In this document: one piece after another, positions 7,198-16,789 of the stretch
How the letters are laid out: each line of letters begins with the position of its first letter
How positions within the stretch are numbered: the stretch's first letter is position 1
Origin: a virus
IMG/VR virus record: IMGVR_UViG_3300004807_000018
Location: 18,170 to 82,169 of that record
Length of the DNA stretch: 64,000 bases
Reading direction: 5' to 3' (one strand)
Notes under the pieces: model-generated
What the model saw: the letters and a program-made list of their open reading frames with translations, nothing else
The model's database searches: none
What the model was told of the DNA's origin: nothing
Program-made: the position numbers and the translations under genes

Positions 7198-8855
7198 AGG
7201 ATCCCCCAGCTTGCCGACTGCCATCCTGGCGTCAGCCCAGGAATTACCTTCCCTGGCATTGAACTACTTGCTCGCGGCCCTCCTCCGAATTGTCCTTCTC
7301 GCACGGCATTGTTCAGGCGGTTCACTGCATCAGTGTTCTTTTCGACTGCTTCCTTATGGCTGTCGAGCGGTAGGTGAAGCGCCGTCCTGATGTTGTCAAC
7401 GATATTGTTGACCGCACTTAGGATGTTGCCATAGATCCGAGAAACAAAGGACAGAATGAGCTGTCCGGCCTGAATGAACGGGTCAATGATCGGCTTGACA
7501 AGAAGGTCGTAGCCTCCAATCACAAACTTCTGAATGGCATCGCCAAGCGTCTGGAACATCCTGCCAACCGTTTTCAGCGTTGGCCCGAATGTATCGCTCA
7601 ACCACTCCGACGTGGTCTTAATAGCGGTGTTTAGCGTGCTAATGAAGTACGCGAACTGCTTCATGTCGTTGCCAAACAGGATGACAATGAAGTCCTTGAT
7701 GCCTTGAGCGGCCACGGCCATGCTCGCAGAGAAATCTGCTGCAGCCCTCATGTTTTCAAAGGAGCCTGATCCTTGTCTCTGATTGCGCATCACGTCGTAG
7801 ACCGGTTGAGACAAGAAGTAGGCACCGGCCGCATCGGGCGAACCAGCCATCTCTGCGCGCTTTCTTGACTGGTTCAAGTCTTTTGAGTTGCGGATCCAGT
7901 CGAGAACCTTGAGTCCCTTGGTGTTGTAGTTGTTGTCACCGAACGGGCCGCCGAGCGGATTGACGCCTGCACCGGCAGCAGCGATCGGCCCAAATCCACT
8001 TAGCAAGTTGCTACCAAGCCCCGCGACATCAATTCCTAGAGCTGCCCCAAATAGGTTTGCCGACCGAGCTTCGCCAACAGTGCCTCCGCCCCGTACAAGC
8101 GACGTGCGCACTTCATTCAACGTGCTGACCGTTGATTTCATGGCCATTGCAAGCGCCAGGGATTGTGCAGCAGCAGCAGCAAACGGCGCTGCAACCCCAG
8201 CAGCAGTTCCCGCCAGACCAGCAGTTCCCCCGGCAGCACTCGCGGATCCCGCCAGGTTCAGAATGCCGCCGATGGTTGGGTTCATGCCCATCGAAAGCAT
8301 GTGCCCAAATATAGGCATGAGTTGCAATTTCCCGTTGGGACCGATTGCGGCCCTGCTGTTGTTGATCAGCTTCCTGATTGGGTCCACTACTGGCGGAGCT
8401 TTGGGAGAAGACTTTTTGATCAGATTGTTGTAGGCAGTGTTCACCTGCTGCTGCGCAATCTTCGTCGCATAAGGATCTCCCGCAACACGAGCGTCATGTA
8501 GTGCCCCGTAAGCCTTTCGAAGGTTGGAATAAATCGGCAGGTTAAGTGGGCCATTGTAGCCTGAACCACCACCCGAGCCTCTCCTACCTCCGCCACTCCC
8601 CCCTGAGGATCCTCCAGAGGAAATCTTCGGGATTTTGATTCCCTGCATGCCGCCGATCGAGGCGACCATTTTTTGAAAGGCAGTCGCGACCTCATTGGCC
8701 AGGAACTTTGTGTTCGCAAGGGAGATGTTCAGCTTGTGAATTCCAGCGTTCACATCACTCGTCGACTTCTTGACCGCCTCCATACTGGATTGAAGGCTTC
8801 GAATCGCCGCAAAGGCGGTTTGATCCTTGATTTTTGCATCGACAATAATCGCCAT
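7194..8855 (-). CDS. Tape measure protein (553 aa)
   Basis: A/G-rich helical ORF directly after the tail chaperones; aromatic-spaced amphipathic repeats in the C-terminal third. Confidence 0.8.
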   Translation of the reverse strand: MAIIVDAKIKDQTAFAAIRSLQSSMEAVKKSTSDVNAGIHKLNISLANTKFLANEVATAFQKMVASIGGMQGIKIPKISSGGSSGGSGGGRRGSGGGSGYNGPLNLPIYSNLRKAYGALHDARVAGDPYATKIAQQQVNTAYNNLIKKSSPKAPPVVDPIRKLINNSRAAIGPNGKLQLMPIFGHMLSMGMNPTIGGILNLAGSASAAGGTAGLAGTAAGVAAPFAAAAAQSLALAMAMKSTVSTLNEVRTSLVRGGGTVGEARSANLFGAALGIDVAGLGSNLLSGFGPIAAAGAGVNPLGGPFGDNNYNTKGLKVLDWIRNSKDLNQSRKRAEMAGSPDAAGAYFLSQPVYDVMRNQRQGSGSFENMRAAADFSASMAVAAQGIKDFIVILFGNDMKQFAYFISTLNTAIKTTSEWLSDTFGPTLKTVGRMFQTLGDAIQKFVIGGYDLLVKPIIDPFIQAGQLILSFVSRIYGNILSAVNNIVDNIRTALHLPLDSHKEAVEKNTDAVNRLNNAVREGQFGGGPRASSSMPGKVIPGLTPGWQSASWGIL

Positions 8856-8857
8856 CG

Positions 8858-9573
8858 CTAGTTCATTCCTTCTGGAAGCTCAGGTTCGGGTTGCTGAATG
8901 GGCCGTGTCGTACGGCGACCGTTCTCGGGGAATTCCTGCTCTGCCAGTTCGAGAGCATCTTCGAGCAATTCGCTCACAGAGCACTGATCAAGATCAATAC
9001 CGCAGGGCTCAGAGCCAAGCTTTTCACAGAGGGATCCGAGCCGTGCGTTTATGGAGTAAAGAGCATCCAGTTGATACGCTAGGACAGAGGGGTGGCCCAT
9101 TCCCTTATAAAGGAAATAGGCAATTACCCCTGTCCGGAAATCTCTTTTGGGTCCTTTTTAAGCGCCTTCTGGGGGAGCTCGTTGTAGAGCGCCATCATCT
9201 GGGCCAGGATGAGCGGGTCAGTCATGAACAGCACAATCTCTTCCCATGTGTACCGGTCTTCATCTGGGCAGCTTTGCGCTCTGTACAGAGCCGCAGCGAT
9301 TTCAGCGGCATCTCGCGACACGAGTACGGGCTCAGCGTTCAGCATCAGCGTCTGAGGTGGCTGATAATCTGGGCTTCCTTTGATGCCAACGCCCGTGCTG
9401 TACTCGGCTAGCTTTTGCTCCCTCATGTCTTTGACGTTTAGGTACTCGGTCGGCGTGAGGTGCCGCACATGCATCGAAAAAGTGACCGACCCGTCTTCAG
9501 AAGTGAAGACAGGGTCGGGGGTGACGAACGTGCGCTCTCGCGCGGTCAGCGACTGTGGAGTAACTTTCGGCAT
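8858..9573 (-). CDS. Tail assembly chaperone G (9124..9573) and -1 frameshift product GT (to 8858)
   Basis: Between major tail and TMP. GAC CCA AAA GAG contains C-CCA-AAA (X XXY YYZ) at 9145-9151; the -1 frame reads RDFRTGVIAYFLYKGMGHPSV..., in frame with ORF 8858..9100. Confidence 0.8.
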
Positions 9574-10085
9574 TAGGTGTACGCAACGGAGTATTGGAGC
9601 GTGCCGAAATCGGCAGGCCCGAGACTGAGAGTGGATTCCTGAGCGCCTCGGCCCTGGCCGCCATCGCGGAAGGCTCCTCGGTGTCCTAGGAACGTGTGTG
9701 TCTGGATCGATCCAGCGTTGGTGCCGGTCACCCAAACGACCTTGATGTAGTCGTAGGTGGTTGCTCCGGCTACACCTTGGAACACGGTGTAAAGCGGGTT
9801 GGGATCAGAACCGTTGTTGACTTTGTAGATGGTGATCTCGGCAGACCAACCATCGGCGATTGGCACCTCGTTGTGACGCGTGGTGTGCATCGCGTTGACT
9901 TCTGGCGCTTCGACGTCGATCGAGAACTGAATACCCATCAGCTCTCCCACGGGTACGCCCCCGGTAACTGCAGCAAGGCTTACGCCTGTGCCCCAAGTTA
10001 CGGTGCCATCGCCAGCGACGGTGCCCGGATAGATCAGGCACGACGTTGTATGCCGACCAAACATCGGCATTGGGATTTTTGACAT
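9573..10085 (-). CDS. Major tail (tube) protein
   Basis: 170-aa beta-rich ORF in the canonical position before chaperones and TMP. Confidence 0.7.
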   Translation of the reverse strand: MSKIPMPMFGRHTTSCLIYPGTVAGDGTVTWGTGVSLAAVTGGVPVGELMGIQFSIDVEAPEVNAMHTTRHNEVPIADGWSAEITIYKVNNGSDPNPLYTVFQGVAGATTYDYIKVVWVTGTNAGSIQTHTFLGHRGAFRDGGQGRGAQESTLSLGPADFGTLQYSVAYT

Positions 10086-10095
10086 TTAGAGACCC

Positions 10096-10587
10096 TCAGA
10101 GGACGATGTCGCGTCTCTCGAATGCGGCTAGGGCGCTTTCGATATGCGACTCAATCAGTGGTTCGCCGAGAGCTTCAAGCTCGTCGTCTATGGGACGGCG
10201 CACCATTTTGCTACGAGGCCGGTTTTTGCCTGCCAGGTAATCAGCCACGGGCGAAGCGTTGATAAGGCTTGCCGTGATTCCTTCAGAGGTCGTGATCATG
10301 GGATCGACCTTCCAAAACGAAATGAACCCGCTAGGGCTATGGGTGTTGATAATCGCGGGATCGAGCATCGGAACGCTTGGGTTCACGTACTCGTTTGGCA
10401 TCCGAAGTTTCCAAACGCTCGCCCCGCTCACATGACGCGTCGCGTACGGGTGACCCATCGCCGCAAGCTGAGCAAGGCTGTATCCTCCGCTCGATAGCCC
10501 TACGGCTACCTGCTTCATCTCGTCCATCCCGGAGGACAGACCGAGTTTGAAGGCGGTCTCTAGCTCGTCGCCAAGATCAATGTCCAT
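10096..10587 (-). CDS. Neck / tail-completion protein (HK97 gp10-like)
   Basis: Synteny; ASPVADYL.G.....KMVRRP-type C-terminal motif. Confidence 0.55.
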   Translation of the reverse strand: MDIDLGDELETAFKLGLSSGMDEMKQVAVGLSSGGYSLAQLAAMGHPYATRHVSGASVWKLRMPNEYVNPSVPMLDPAIINTHSPSGFISFWKVDPMITTSEGITASLINASPVADYLAGKNRPRSKMVRRPIDDELEALGEPLIESHIESALAAFERRDIVL

Positions 10588-11114
10588 CAGTACATCTGGG
10601 TGAGGAGGCCTGGGCTGTATTTGAGTGAGCAGCCGTACACGTTGGTCTGTGAGACGCTAAAGATCGCGTGAATCAGTGGGTCAGAAAGCGTGCTGTTGAC
10701 CACTCCCTGCTCCCACACGGTGAAGGTATTGAAAACTGCGCTGGGGCTGTCCATGGCCGCCCTCATCAGGTTGCCAAAGTTGTCGTTGGACTCCTGAGTG
10801 CCAACGGTTGAAGATTGGCCCCACTCTTCGAGGTAGTAGGCTTTGAAAGGCCTGCGGCATAGTCCGACAGCGGACATGAGCAACTCGCCATCTGCCGATG
10901 GAACAGCCTCCCCGATCTCGAGGAGAATGCAGGGGAACGAAAGGTTTGGATCCGACGAGCGAAGTTGCTCAATAAGCGACTCTTTGGCACCCTCGGTGTT
11001 CGTGAAGACGTTGACTCTTCCCGAAGGTGGTTCAGGCAAGCTGACAGCCGCCGAAAGCACCGCGGTAAGTTCCGCCCGCATGTCGGCAAAGTTTGTGGTG
11101 GGAACAAAAGGCAT
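10587..11114 (-). CDS. Tail terminator-like protein
   Basis: Synteny; FPCILLE strand typical of terminator proteins. Confidence 0.5.
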   Translation of the reverse strand: MPFVPTTNFADMRAELTAVLSAAVSLPEPPSGRVNVFTNTEGAKESLIEQLRSSDPNLSFPCILLEIGEAVPSADGELLMSAVGLCRRPFKAYYLEEWGQSSTVGTQESNDNFGNLMRAAMDSPSAVFNTFTVWEQGVVNSTLSDPLIHAIFSVSQTNVYGCSLKYSPGLLTQMY

Positions 11115-11115
11115 A

Positions 11116-11529
11116 TCAGATCAGGGTCTTGGGTGGCTCGACGGGCACGGTGTAGAAGAACGCATGAGGCAACTTCACTGGGCGCTTGGGCTCGCCTTGC
11201 GGTGCACCCCACTCCGTGTCGCCGTTACGGGTTGTGTAGTGCACCAAATCTCCGCTCTTTACAGGGATCACATACTGGCAGTCCGTCTTGTTGGCGGTGA
11301 GGAGGGTGTTTTCCTTCGCGATGAACGAGTCGGCCATTCCCGTGTTGTAGTTGGGCGTCCGGTGCAGGTTGCAAGGGACGTTCTCTAGAGGCGTAGGGTC
11401 ATCGGGCGACAATGGGCGAATCGTGTAGCCAATGACCGTGAGCGTCCCGGACTTGTAGACGGGCATATAGACCGTCATCGAGTCCAAATACCTTCGGATC
11501 TCGCGCGGGGTCAGTGGTGGAAGTGCCAT
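11116..11529 (-). CDS. Head-closure / head-tail adaptor protein
   Basis: Start at ATG 11529 (MALPPLTPRE), overlapping the previous stop; ENVPC and VKSGDLV motifs; synteny. Confidence 0.55.
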   Translation of the reverse strand: MALPPLTPREIRRYLDSMTVYMPVYKSGTLTVIGYTIRPLSPDDPTPLENVPCNLHRTPNYNTGMADSFIAKENTLLTANKTDCQYVIPVKSGDLVHYTTRNGDTEWGAPQGEPKRPVKLPHAFFYTVPVEPPKTLI

Positions 11530-12215
11530 CAGTAGGAGTGCTCGAGCCTGTACCTGTATAGGTAACGCTCTGCTTGGCCCCGAACGCCTCGGCCCATGCG
11601 AAGCAGCAGGGCAGGGTCGTACTCGTCGGATTGGTCGATGTCGGTGATCTTGATCAGCCCGGCCATCAGCCCCTCTCGAACTGCCGCAAGCGTGTTGGCC
11701 ACAGCGAGAAGGAGGATTCCCTCCCACGCGCCATCGGGGATCGTGCCAGTGCAGTAGCCCCAGACGCCTGTCACAATGATCGACTGAGGTTGCCCGCGCT
11801 GGACGTAGGCAAACATGATTGAGGTGTAGGGTGGGGCTGGCACCACATTGGGGTCGAGGGCCGGTTCAAGCCAGTAATCGGCTCCCTGAATGAGAGTGCT
11901 TCCACCTAGGCCCGTCGAGGGGTCGACGCCAGTCACGACCGACGTGCACGAAAGCAGTCCGTTGGTGAGCAGAAGTTGGCAGTCTCCACCCACAAAGCCG
12001 CCAAGCCTATCTGGCCCCGGTGGGTTGAATGGAATTGACTGAGCAGTACTGCTTGTCTGAAAGAAGGGCCGGTAGCCTGTCCGCTGGTTCCAGTCATCAA
12101 TCGCTGCTGAAAGCCTCGACGCGACGTCAAAGCCTCCAGGAACGCTGATGGGAGTGGGCAGATTGGCCAGATAACTGGTCACATCTGATACCGTGGGCAG
12201 GCTACCGTGGCTCAT
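11529..12215 (-). CDS. Head-tail connector (adaptor) protein
   Basis: PTVSDVTSYL...IDDWNQRTGYRPF...SIIVTGVWGY...IPD...L.RYR pattern of gp6/gp15-like adaptors. Confidence 0.7.
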   Translation of the reverse strand: MSHGSLPTVSDVTSYLANLPTPISVPGGFDVASRLSAAIDDWNQRTGYRPFFQTSSTAQSIPFNPPGPDRLGGFVGGDCQLLLTNGLLSCTSVVTGVDPSTGLGGSTLIQGADYWLEPALDPNVVPAPPYTSIMFAYVQRGQPQSIIVTGVWGYCTGTIPDGAWEGILLLAVANTLAAVREGLMAGLIKITDIDQSDEYDPALLLRMGRGVRGQAERYLYRYRLEHSY

Positions 12216-12644
12216 TTACTTGCTCTTTGCGGCGGCCAGCGTAGGCTGTGCAGCCGGTGCAACTCCAAGCTCACTCTTGAGGGCCGCGATTTCGTCGCGA
12301 AGCTCTTTGAGTTCGGATGCTTGGCTTGCGCTCGTCTGGGTCAGCGCACTTACCACTTGCTGGTTGCTAATCACCAGTTGGCGGATCATGTCCGCTAGAG
12401 GAGCAAAGTCGGCGCTTCCGGCAGTTGGTTTGCCTGCAACAACGGGCTCGGACTGCTTCTTGAGCTCGAACCACTCGTTGGTGGTCACGAACATCACGTT
12501 GGTGTCTTTCTGAAGGATTGCGAGTTCCCGGTCAGTAAGCACCTGCCTGGTGCCGTCGCTGAAACAGACGCCTGTTCGGTCCTGGAACCGGTCCAGCTTT
12601 ACGGCGACCTTCTTGCCTTCTGCAATTGCGAGCTGTGCGTTCAT
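12216..12644 (-). CDS. Hypothetical head-region protein
   Basis: 142-aa ORF coupled to its neighbours. Confidence 0.6.
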   Translation of the reverse strand: MNAQLAIAEGKKVAVKLDRFQDRTGVCFSDGTRQVLTDRELAILQKDTNVMFVTTNEWFELKKQSEPVVAGKPTAGSADFAPLADMIRQLVISNQQVVSALTQTSASQASELKELRDEIAALKSELGVAPAAQPTLAAAKSK

Positions 12645-12991
12645 GATCTAGCCTCTGTGCTCTCAGGAGTCTCTTCAGCTGCAGGCTCTGCTGCGGCCTC
12701 AGATACGGGTGTGTTGCGAGCCTCAGATTCAGCGTGCTCGCGTCCGTCTGGGTCTTCGGCGACCTCGGCGACCTCTTCGGTCGCAGGGATGTCAGCCTTA
12801 AATTGAAGGGAGTGGGATGCTTTGCTCGAGGACTTCTCGCGCAGACTCAGCTCGGCAAGCACGAACTCTTCGTCGCTTCGGAGCCTATCCAGTCCAGCAT
12901 CATCCAAACGTACAGTCTCGCCCGTGGCAAGGAGCACGTTGTGCTTTCCCTGGTCGCGGCCAAGAACCTGGAATTTATGTTCTGTAATCAT
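12641..12991 (-). CDS. Hypothetical head-region protein with acidic tail
   Basis: 116-aa ORF; ATGA overlap with the next gene. Confidence 0.6.
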   Translation of the reverse strand: MITEHKFQVLGRDQGKHNVLLATGETVRLDDAGLDRLRSDEEFVLAELSLREKSSSKASHSLQFKADIPATEEVAEVAEDPDGREHAESEARNTPVSEAAAEPAAEETPESTEARS

Positions 12992-13006
12992 GGGTTTGAA
13001 GGGCGT

Positions 13007-13231
13007 TCAGGCAGTGGGCGTGAACGTGTGAGAGGCCTTCGTCGTGACCTTTTCTAAGGCTTTGCTCACTTTGGCGATGGTGTATTGCCCAGTCTTGAGG
13101 TTTGGCAGCTTAGCGTCGGGCACAAAGAAGGTTTGGGTGGAGAGGGTGTTGCCGTTGGCGTCTTGTGAATCGATGCCGACGAGGTTCTGCCCGTTCTCGC
13201 GCCCGAGAGTTCGAAATGGTTGAGCAGGCAT
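13007..13231 (-). CDS. Small hypothetical head-region protein
   Basis: 74-aa ORF; N-terminus similar to 12641..12991. Confidence 0.55.
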   Translation of the reverse strand: MPAQPFRTLGRENGQNLVGIDSQDANGNTLSTQTFFVPDAKLPNLKTGQYTIAKVSKALEKVTTKASHTFTPTA

Positions 13232-13243
13232 GATGTTGAAAGT

Positions 13244-13265
13244 GGCCCGGGGGATCCCCCGGGCC
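13244..13265 (-). terminator. GC-rich palindrome after the capsid/decoration genes (probable terminator)
   Basis: GGCCCGGGGGATCCCCCGGGCC is a perfect palindrome, followed by ACTTTC on the minus strand. Confidence 0.55.
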
Positions 13266-13276
13266 GTAAGCGATCC

Positions 13277-13780
13277 TTACGAAGTCGACAGACTTGGGTT
13301 GCTCGCTCTGTCGTAGCCTGGAGTCGACGTGAGAGTCGAGTGGGTAGCGACGCCGCTTGGAACGACCGCGCCAACGATCGAGGCGTAGCGGAATGCCACA
13401 GCGCCCGTGATGACCACGTTGGCCGTAGCGCGAACGATCTGTCCTCTGACATAGCTCACCAGGGGCTTGAAGATGTCAATGAACAGAAGCGTTGCGGAGT
13501 CTCCGGTCGTGGCCTGAGCCTGAACCGTGTTGCCGGAATCGACGTGCTGGAAGAGTCCAATGGTGCCAGCGCCATATGTGCCGGACGTGTTGGAGCCCTT
13601 CGCCTGCAGAGTCGCCGTGCCGGTTGCGGTGATCGTGCCAATCAGCGCAAGGAAGAAAACTCCGTTGTACTGCTGACTCATCGAAACCTCGGTGAAGGTT
13701 TGAGTGTCGGTTGTACCCGCAGCCACCGCGCCAAGCGCGAGGATTGGGTCAAGGTCGGTTGTCGGTTGGTGGAAGAACAT
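13277..13780 (-). CDS. Capsid decoration/cement-like protein
   Basis: T/A/G-rich beta protein immediately after the MCP. Confidence 0.55.
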   Translation of the reverse strand: MFFHQPTTDLDPILALGAVAAGTTDTQTFTEVSMSQQYNGVFFLALIGTITATGTATLQAKGSNTSGTYGAGTIGLFQHVDSGNTVQAQATTGDSATLLFIDIFKPLVSYVRGQIVRATANVVITGAVAFRYASIVGAVVPSGVATHSTLTSTPGYDRASNPSLSTS

Positions 13781-13846
13781 TGTTTAACCTCGTGTGAAGT
13801 GGGCTCCGGAAGACCCGAAGCCCGTGACCCGCGCTACGAAAGCGCC

Positions 13847-15304
13847 TTAGCTCTGCTGTCCGATGTGGACGGCGCGGCTCTGAACGGTCTGTCCACCGCA
13901 GCGGAATCGGAAGTTCCAACCGAGGGCGTTCTTCTGGATCATCGAGCGGTCTTGAGTACCGTAGGTCTCGATGGTCATGCCAACGCGCTGGCAGAAGATG
14001 TACGCATCCTTCGGATCACCGAAAGCGACGACATTGTTTCCTGCGCCGGTGTTGGGCATGAACGGCGAGAAGATCACGTCAAAGCCAAGAAGCTTGTGAA
14101 CGCGCTTGCTTGCCAGACCCTCAGGACCCTGCGATCGAGCCAGACCAAAGATGAGCTGGCCAGAACCGTCAGTGATCTGCGAGAACGTCGCCCAGGCGTT
14201 GATCTTGTTCATCAGCGCCACAGTCGTGTCAGAATCGGTGTACTGCGGAGGCATGCCCTCAACAAGGTTGATAAGGCCTGCAGCCGTGACCGGGTTACCG
14301 CAGTTGACCACTGGGCAGTAGTCGCCCGCGCCGCCCGCGTTGGTCAGAAGTCCGACGGGCTGGTTGATGCCGGTACCCGACACCAGAGCGTTGTCGAGAC
14401 CGAGATCGTAGGCCTGGCCACCGAGCTTGCCGATCACCATCGAAAGAGGAATCTGAGAGTCCTCCAGGAGGTTGCGCGAGCACTCGATGAAGAACTGGCC
14501 GGTGTGGATCTCAACCGTCACGTTGCCGAAGTTCGGGTCAGCCTGACTTGGCGTGGGGCCCTTTTCGCCAATCCACTGGATTCGCGGGCTGTTTGCCACG
14601 TAGATGTCGGCCGTATCCGAGTCGTTGTTGATTCGGGGCCAGATCACCTGGTCAGCCGAGCACGGAACCGTCTCGACATAGCTCATGAGCCGTGTCGGGT
14701 GAGGCTTGCGCTGAATGAGCTGAGCAATGTACTGCGGAGGAACGAAGAAGCCTCCGCCGCTGTCCGCGCCCTCAGAAAGGGTTTTCGCGTCCATCAGGAC
14801 TTGGAAGTCGGCCTTGTCGAGCGCGTCTTGTCCCTTTCGAGCGTAGATCTCGAACGCCCGCATGTAGGTGGGCTCCTGGATTGCCTTCAGGGTTCGGTCG
14901 GAGAGAACCGCACCGTCGCCCTCGATCGGCACCATCTTGCCCGTGATGGGATCGACGCCATAGGTCTCGTGACCGCTCTTGCCTTCCCATGTCGTGCGCT
15001 GGCCCATGGCCTTTTGAGCTGCATTCTGGATGGCTGCAAGTTCTGCCTTAGCAACCGCACCGATCGGCATGAGATTCGCGTTGCCCATAAGTCCCTTTGC
15101 GGACTGCATGCTCTTCTCAAGCTCGATTGCGGACTGAAGGTTGGCCTCAGCCTCCTTGAGTCTTTGGGGATACTCCCTCAGAAGTTTCAACTCGTCGGGG
15201 GACCAATTGCCCTTGGCCTGAAGCGTCTCGCACTCCGACACGATGCCCTCGAAGGCATCACGCTGCGCCTTGATCAGCGCATTCTCTTGATATGCTGTTG
15301 CCAC
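13847..15304 (-). CDS. Major capsid protein, HK97 fold
   Basis: N-terminal coiled delta domain; LSEGADSGGGFFVP, WIGE, SRNLLEDS, GTGINQPVGLL, LLGFDV, VAFGD motifs. Confidence 0.95.
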   Translation of the reverse strand: MATAYQENALIKAQRDAFEGIVSECETLQAKGNWSPDELKLLREYPQRLKEAEANLQSAIELEKSMQSAKGLMGNANLMPIGAVAKAELAAIQNAAQKAMGQRTTWEGKSGHETYGVDPITGKMVPIEGDGAVLSDRTLKAIQEPTYMRAFEIYARKGQDALDKADFQVLMDAKTLSEGADSGGGFFVPPQYIAQLIQRKPHPTRLMSYVETVPCSADQVIWPRINNDSDTADIYVANSPRIQWIGEKGPTPSQADPNFGNVTVEIHTGQFFIECSRNLLEDSQIPLSMVIGKLGGQAYDLGLDNALVSGTGINQPVGLLTNAGGAGDYCPVVNCGNPVTAAGLINLVEGMPPQYTDSDTTVALMNKINAWATFSQITDGSGQLIFGLARSQGPEGLASKRVHKLLGFDVIFSPFMPNTGAGNNVVAFGDPKDAYIFCQRVGMTIETYGTQDRSMIQKNALGWNFRFRCGGQTVQSRAVHIGQQS

Positions 15305-15316
15305 TGAAATACCTCG

Positions 15317-16786
15317 CTAAGTGGTGGTCGTAGCAGCCTGTCCCTCTTTCAGGGAGGCAAGCATCTGCTTGGCGCTTGCGAGACTCTCCTCAACCGCCTT
15401 TGCCGCGGACTGATCCACGGTTGGGGGAATGAGAGCCTGCAGAGCGTCCATAGACGTCTTGCATGCGTTAGCTGCCTGGTTCAGGAGGTCAATGGCAACA
15501 GCACCAAGGTCCGCGCCCCCCTCTTGTCTAAGTGCTTTGATCGCCTTGAATCTGGCGTGAGTCAAATCGCACTCGGTCTGCAGGTCGTCAGCAAGGGTCA
15601 AGACCCTCGCAACCTGCTCAGACGTCCGAAGCCCACGGGCATCAGGCGTCTGCAATCCTTTCAGGTGCAAATACTTGGATCCGCACGAATGAAGGTCTCT
15701 GGACATCAGCCCCTCGTCGAGGGAGTCCAAATAGCTCTTGAGGTGATTCTCAAAATGAGACTTGAGTTCACCGTGCTCTGCTCGGTTTACGATTCCGTGC
15801 GTGAGCATGTGATCTGCGCCGGCATTGTGGCAGCGGGTCAGGACGGCATGAAGCGCGTCGCCAACAGTCTTGAGGTGCTCTCCGAGGCCCTTGTAGTCGA
15901 GGTCGTACGCGTCCCACTCATCGAGGTTGCGCTGCGAGACATCGTCATTTAGGCCTGTGTGGTACTGATAGACCGTATCGCCCCACTTTGTGGAGATGTC
16001 CTTGTACTCGGCTGGGCTGATCGTCCGATTGCGGAAAAGCGACTTGACGAGCCCATCGTGCTCGGCTGCCATCTTGGCGCACATCGAATGCCCAACCATG
16101 GGCTTCACCGGATACACGTAGTCGCCAACCTTAGGGTCGGTGAGAACCGAAGACCCTTCAGCCTCAACCTGCATGCCTTCCGTGAGTGACTTCAAAGAAG
16201 GAGCGGATCCGAAGTCGTATGACTTGAGCGGCATAATGTCTTGCCTTGTGCGGGGTTCGCACGGAGTCGGAGTCAAAGACGCGTCGATGCCGAGAGGCCA
16301 CTTGGTGATCTTCGTGGCGATCACCGTTCCGTCAGCCGCCTTTACGGGCTCTCTTTCCACGAGGTGCGATGCGGTGCCAGAGCTGGCCCCGATCTTCTTA
16401 CGGTCCTTCTTGGAGAGGTCGGCAATCTGCTTGGCGTAGCTGTTCGCTTTGTCAAGCTGGTAGTCCATCCACACGCCCTTGGCGTCAGCCTTGAGCGTGC
16501 ATGTCCCGATCTCTTCTTTGCGAACGTCGGGATCTAGTCCGTGGTGCCAGTACACCGGGGATGTCTTGTGAGATCCGAAATCGGTCTCGGAAGTGAAGAA
16601 CTCCTTGGCAAGGTCGGGATCGTCCTGAGTCGAGAAGAGGACCAGGTAACAACCGCCCTTGAAGGGATCTTTTGCGTCGACCTTGATTTCAGCGGTCGAG
16701 AAGGCAATTTCGGTCACAGAAACTTCCTGTGACTTCACAGCGCTTGACGCGCCCTGTCTTAGTGCGTTGATCGCCTGGCTTGGCAT
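15317..16786 (-). CDS. Prohead protease with C-terminal scaffold-like extension
   Basis: DLAKEFFT, VYWHHG, GASSG, WPLGIDASLTPTPCEPR (HK97-like protease motifs); directly before the MCP. Confidence 0.8.
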   Translation of the reverse strand: MPSQAINALRQGASSAVKSQEVSVTEIAFSTAEIKVDAKDPFKGGCYLVLFSTQDDPDLAKEFFTSETDFGSHKTSPVYWHHGLDPDVRKEEIGTCTLKADAKGVWMDYQLDKANSYAKQIADLSKKDRKKIGASSGTASHLVEREPVKAADGTVIATKITKWPLGIDASLTPTPCEPRTRQDIMPLKSYDFGSAPSLKSLTEGMQVEAEGSSVLTDPKVGDYVYPVKPMVGHSMCAKMAAEHDGLVKSLFRNRTISPAEYKDISTKWGDTVYQYHTGLNDDVSQRNLDEWDAYDLDYKGLGEHLKTVGDALHAVLTRCHNAGADHMLTHGIVNRAEHGELKSHFENHLKSYLDSLDEGLMSRDLHSCGSKYLHLKGLQTPDARGLRTSEQVARVLTLADDLQTECDLTHARFKAIKALRQEGGADLGAVAIDLLNQAANACKTSMDALQALIPPTVDQSAAKAVEESLASAKQMLASLKEGQAATTTT

Positions 16787-16789
16787 GGC

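Noticed and set aside
13220-15307. 695-aa plus-strand ORF
   Set aside because: Antisense shadow of the capsid and decoration genes; no motifs; expected from GC codon bias. The same applies to 920..1684, 21482..22345 and 41929..42876.
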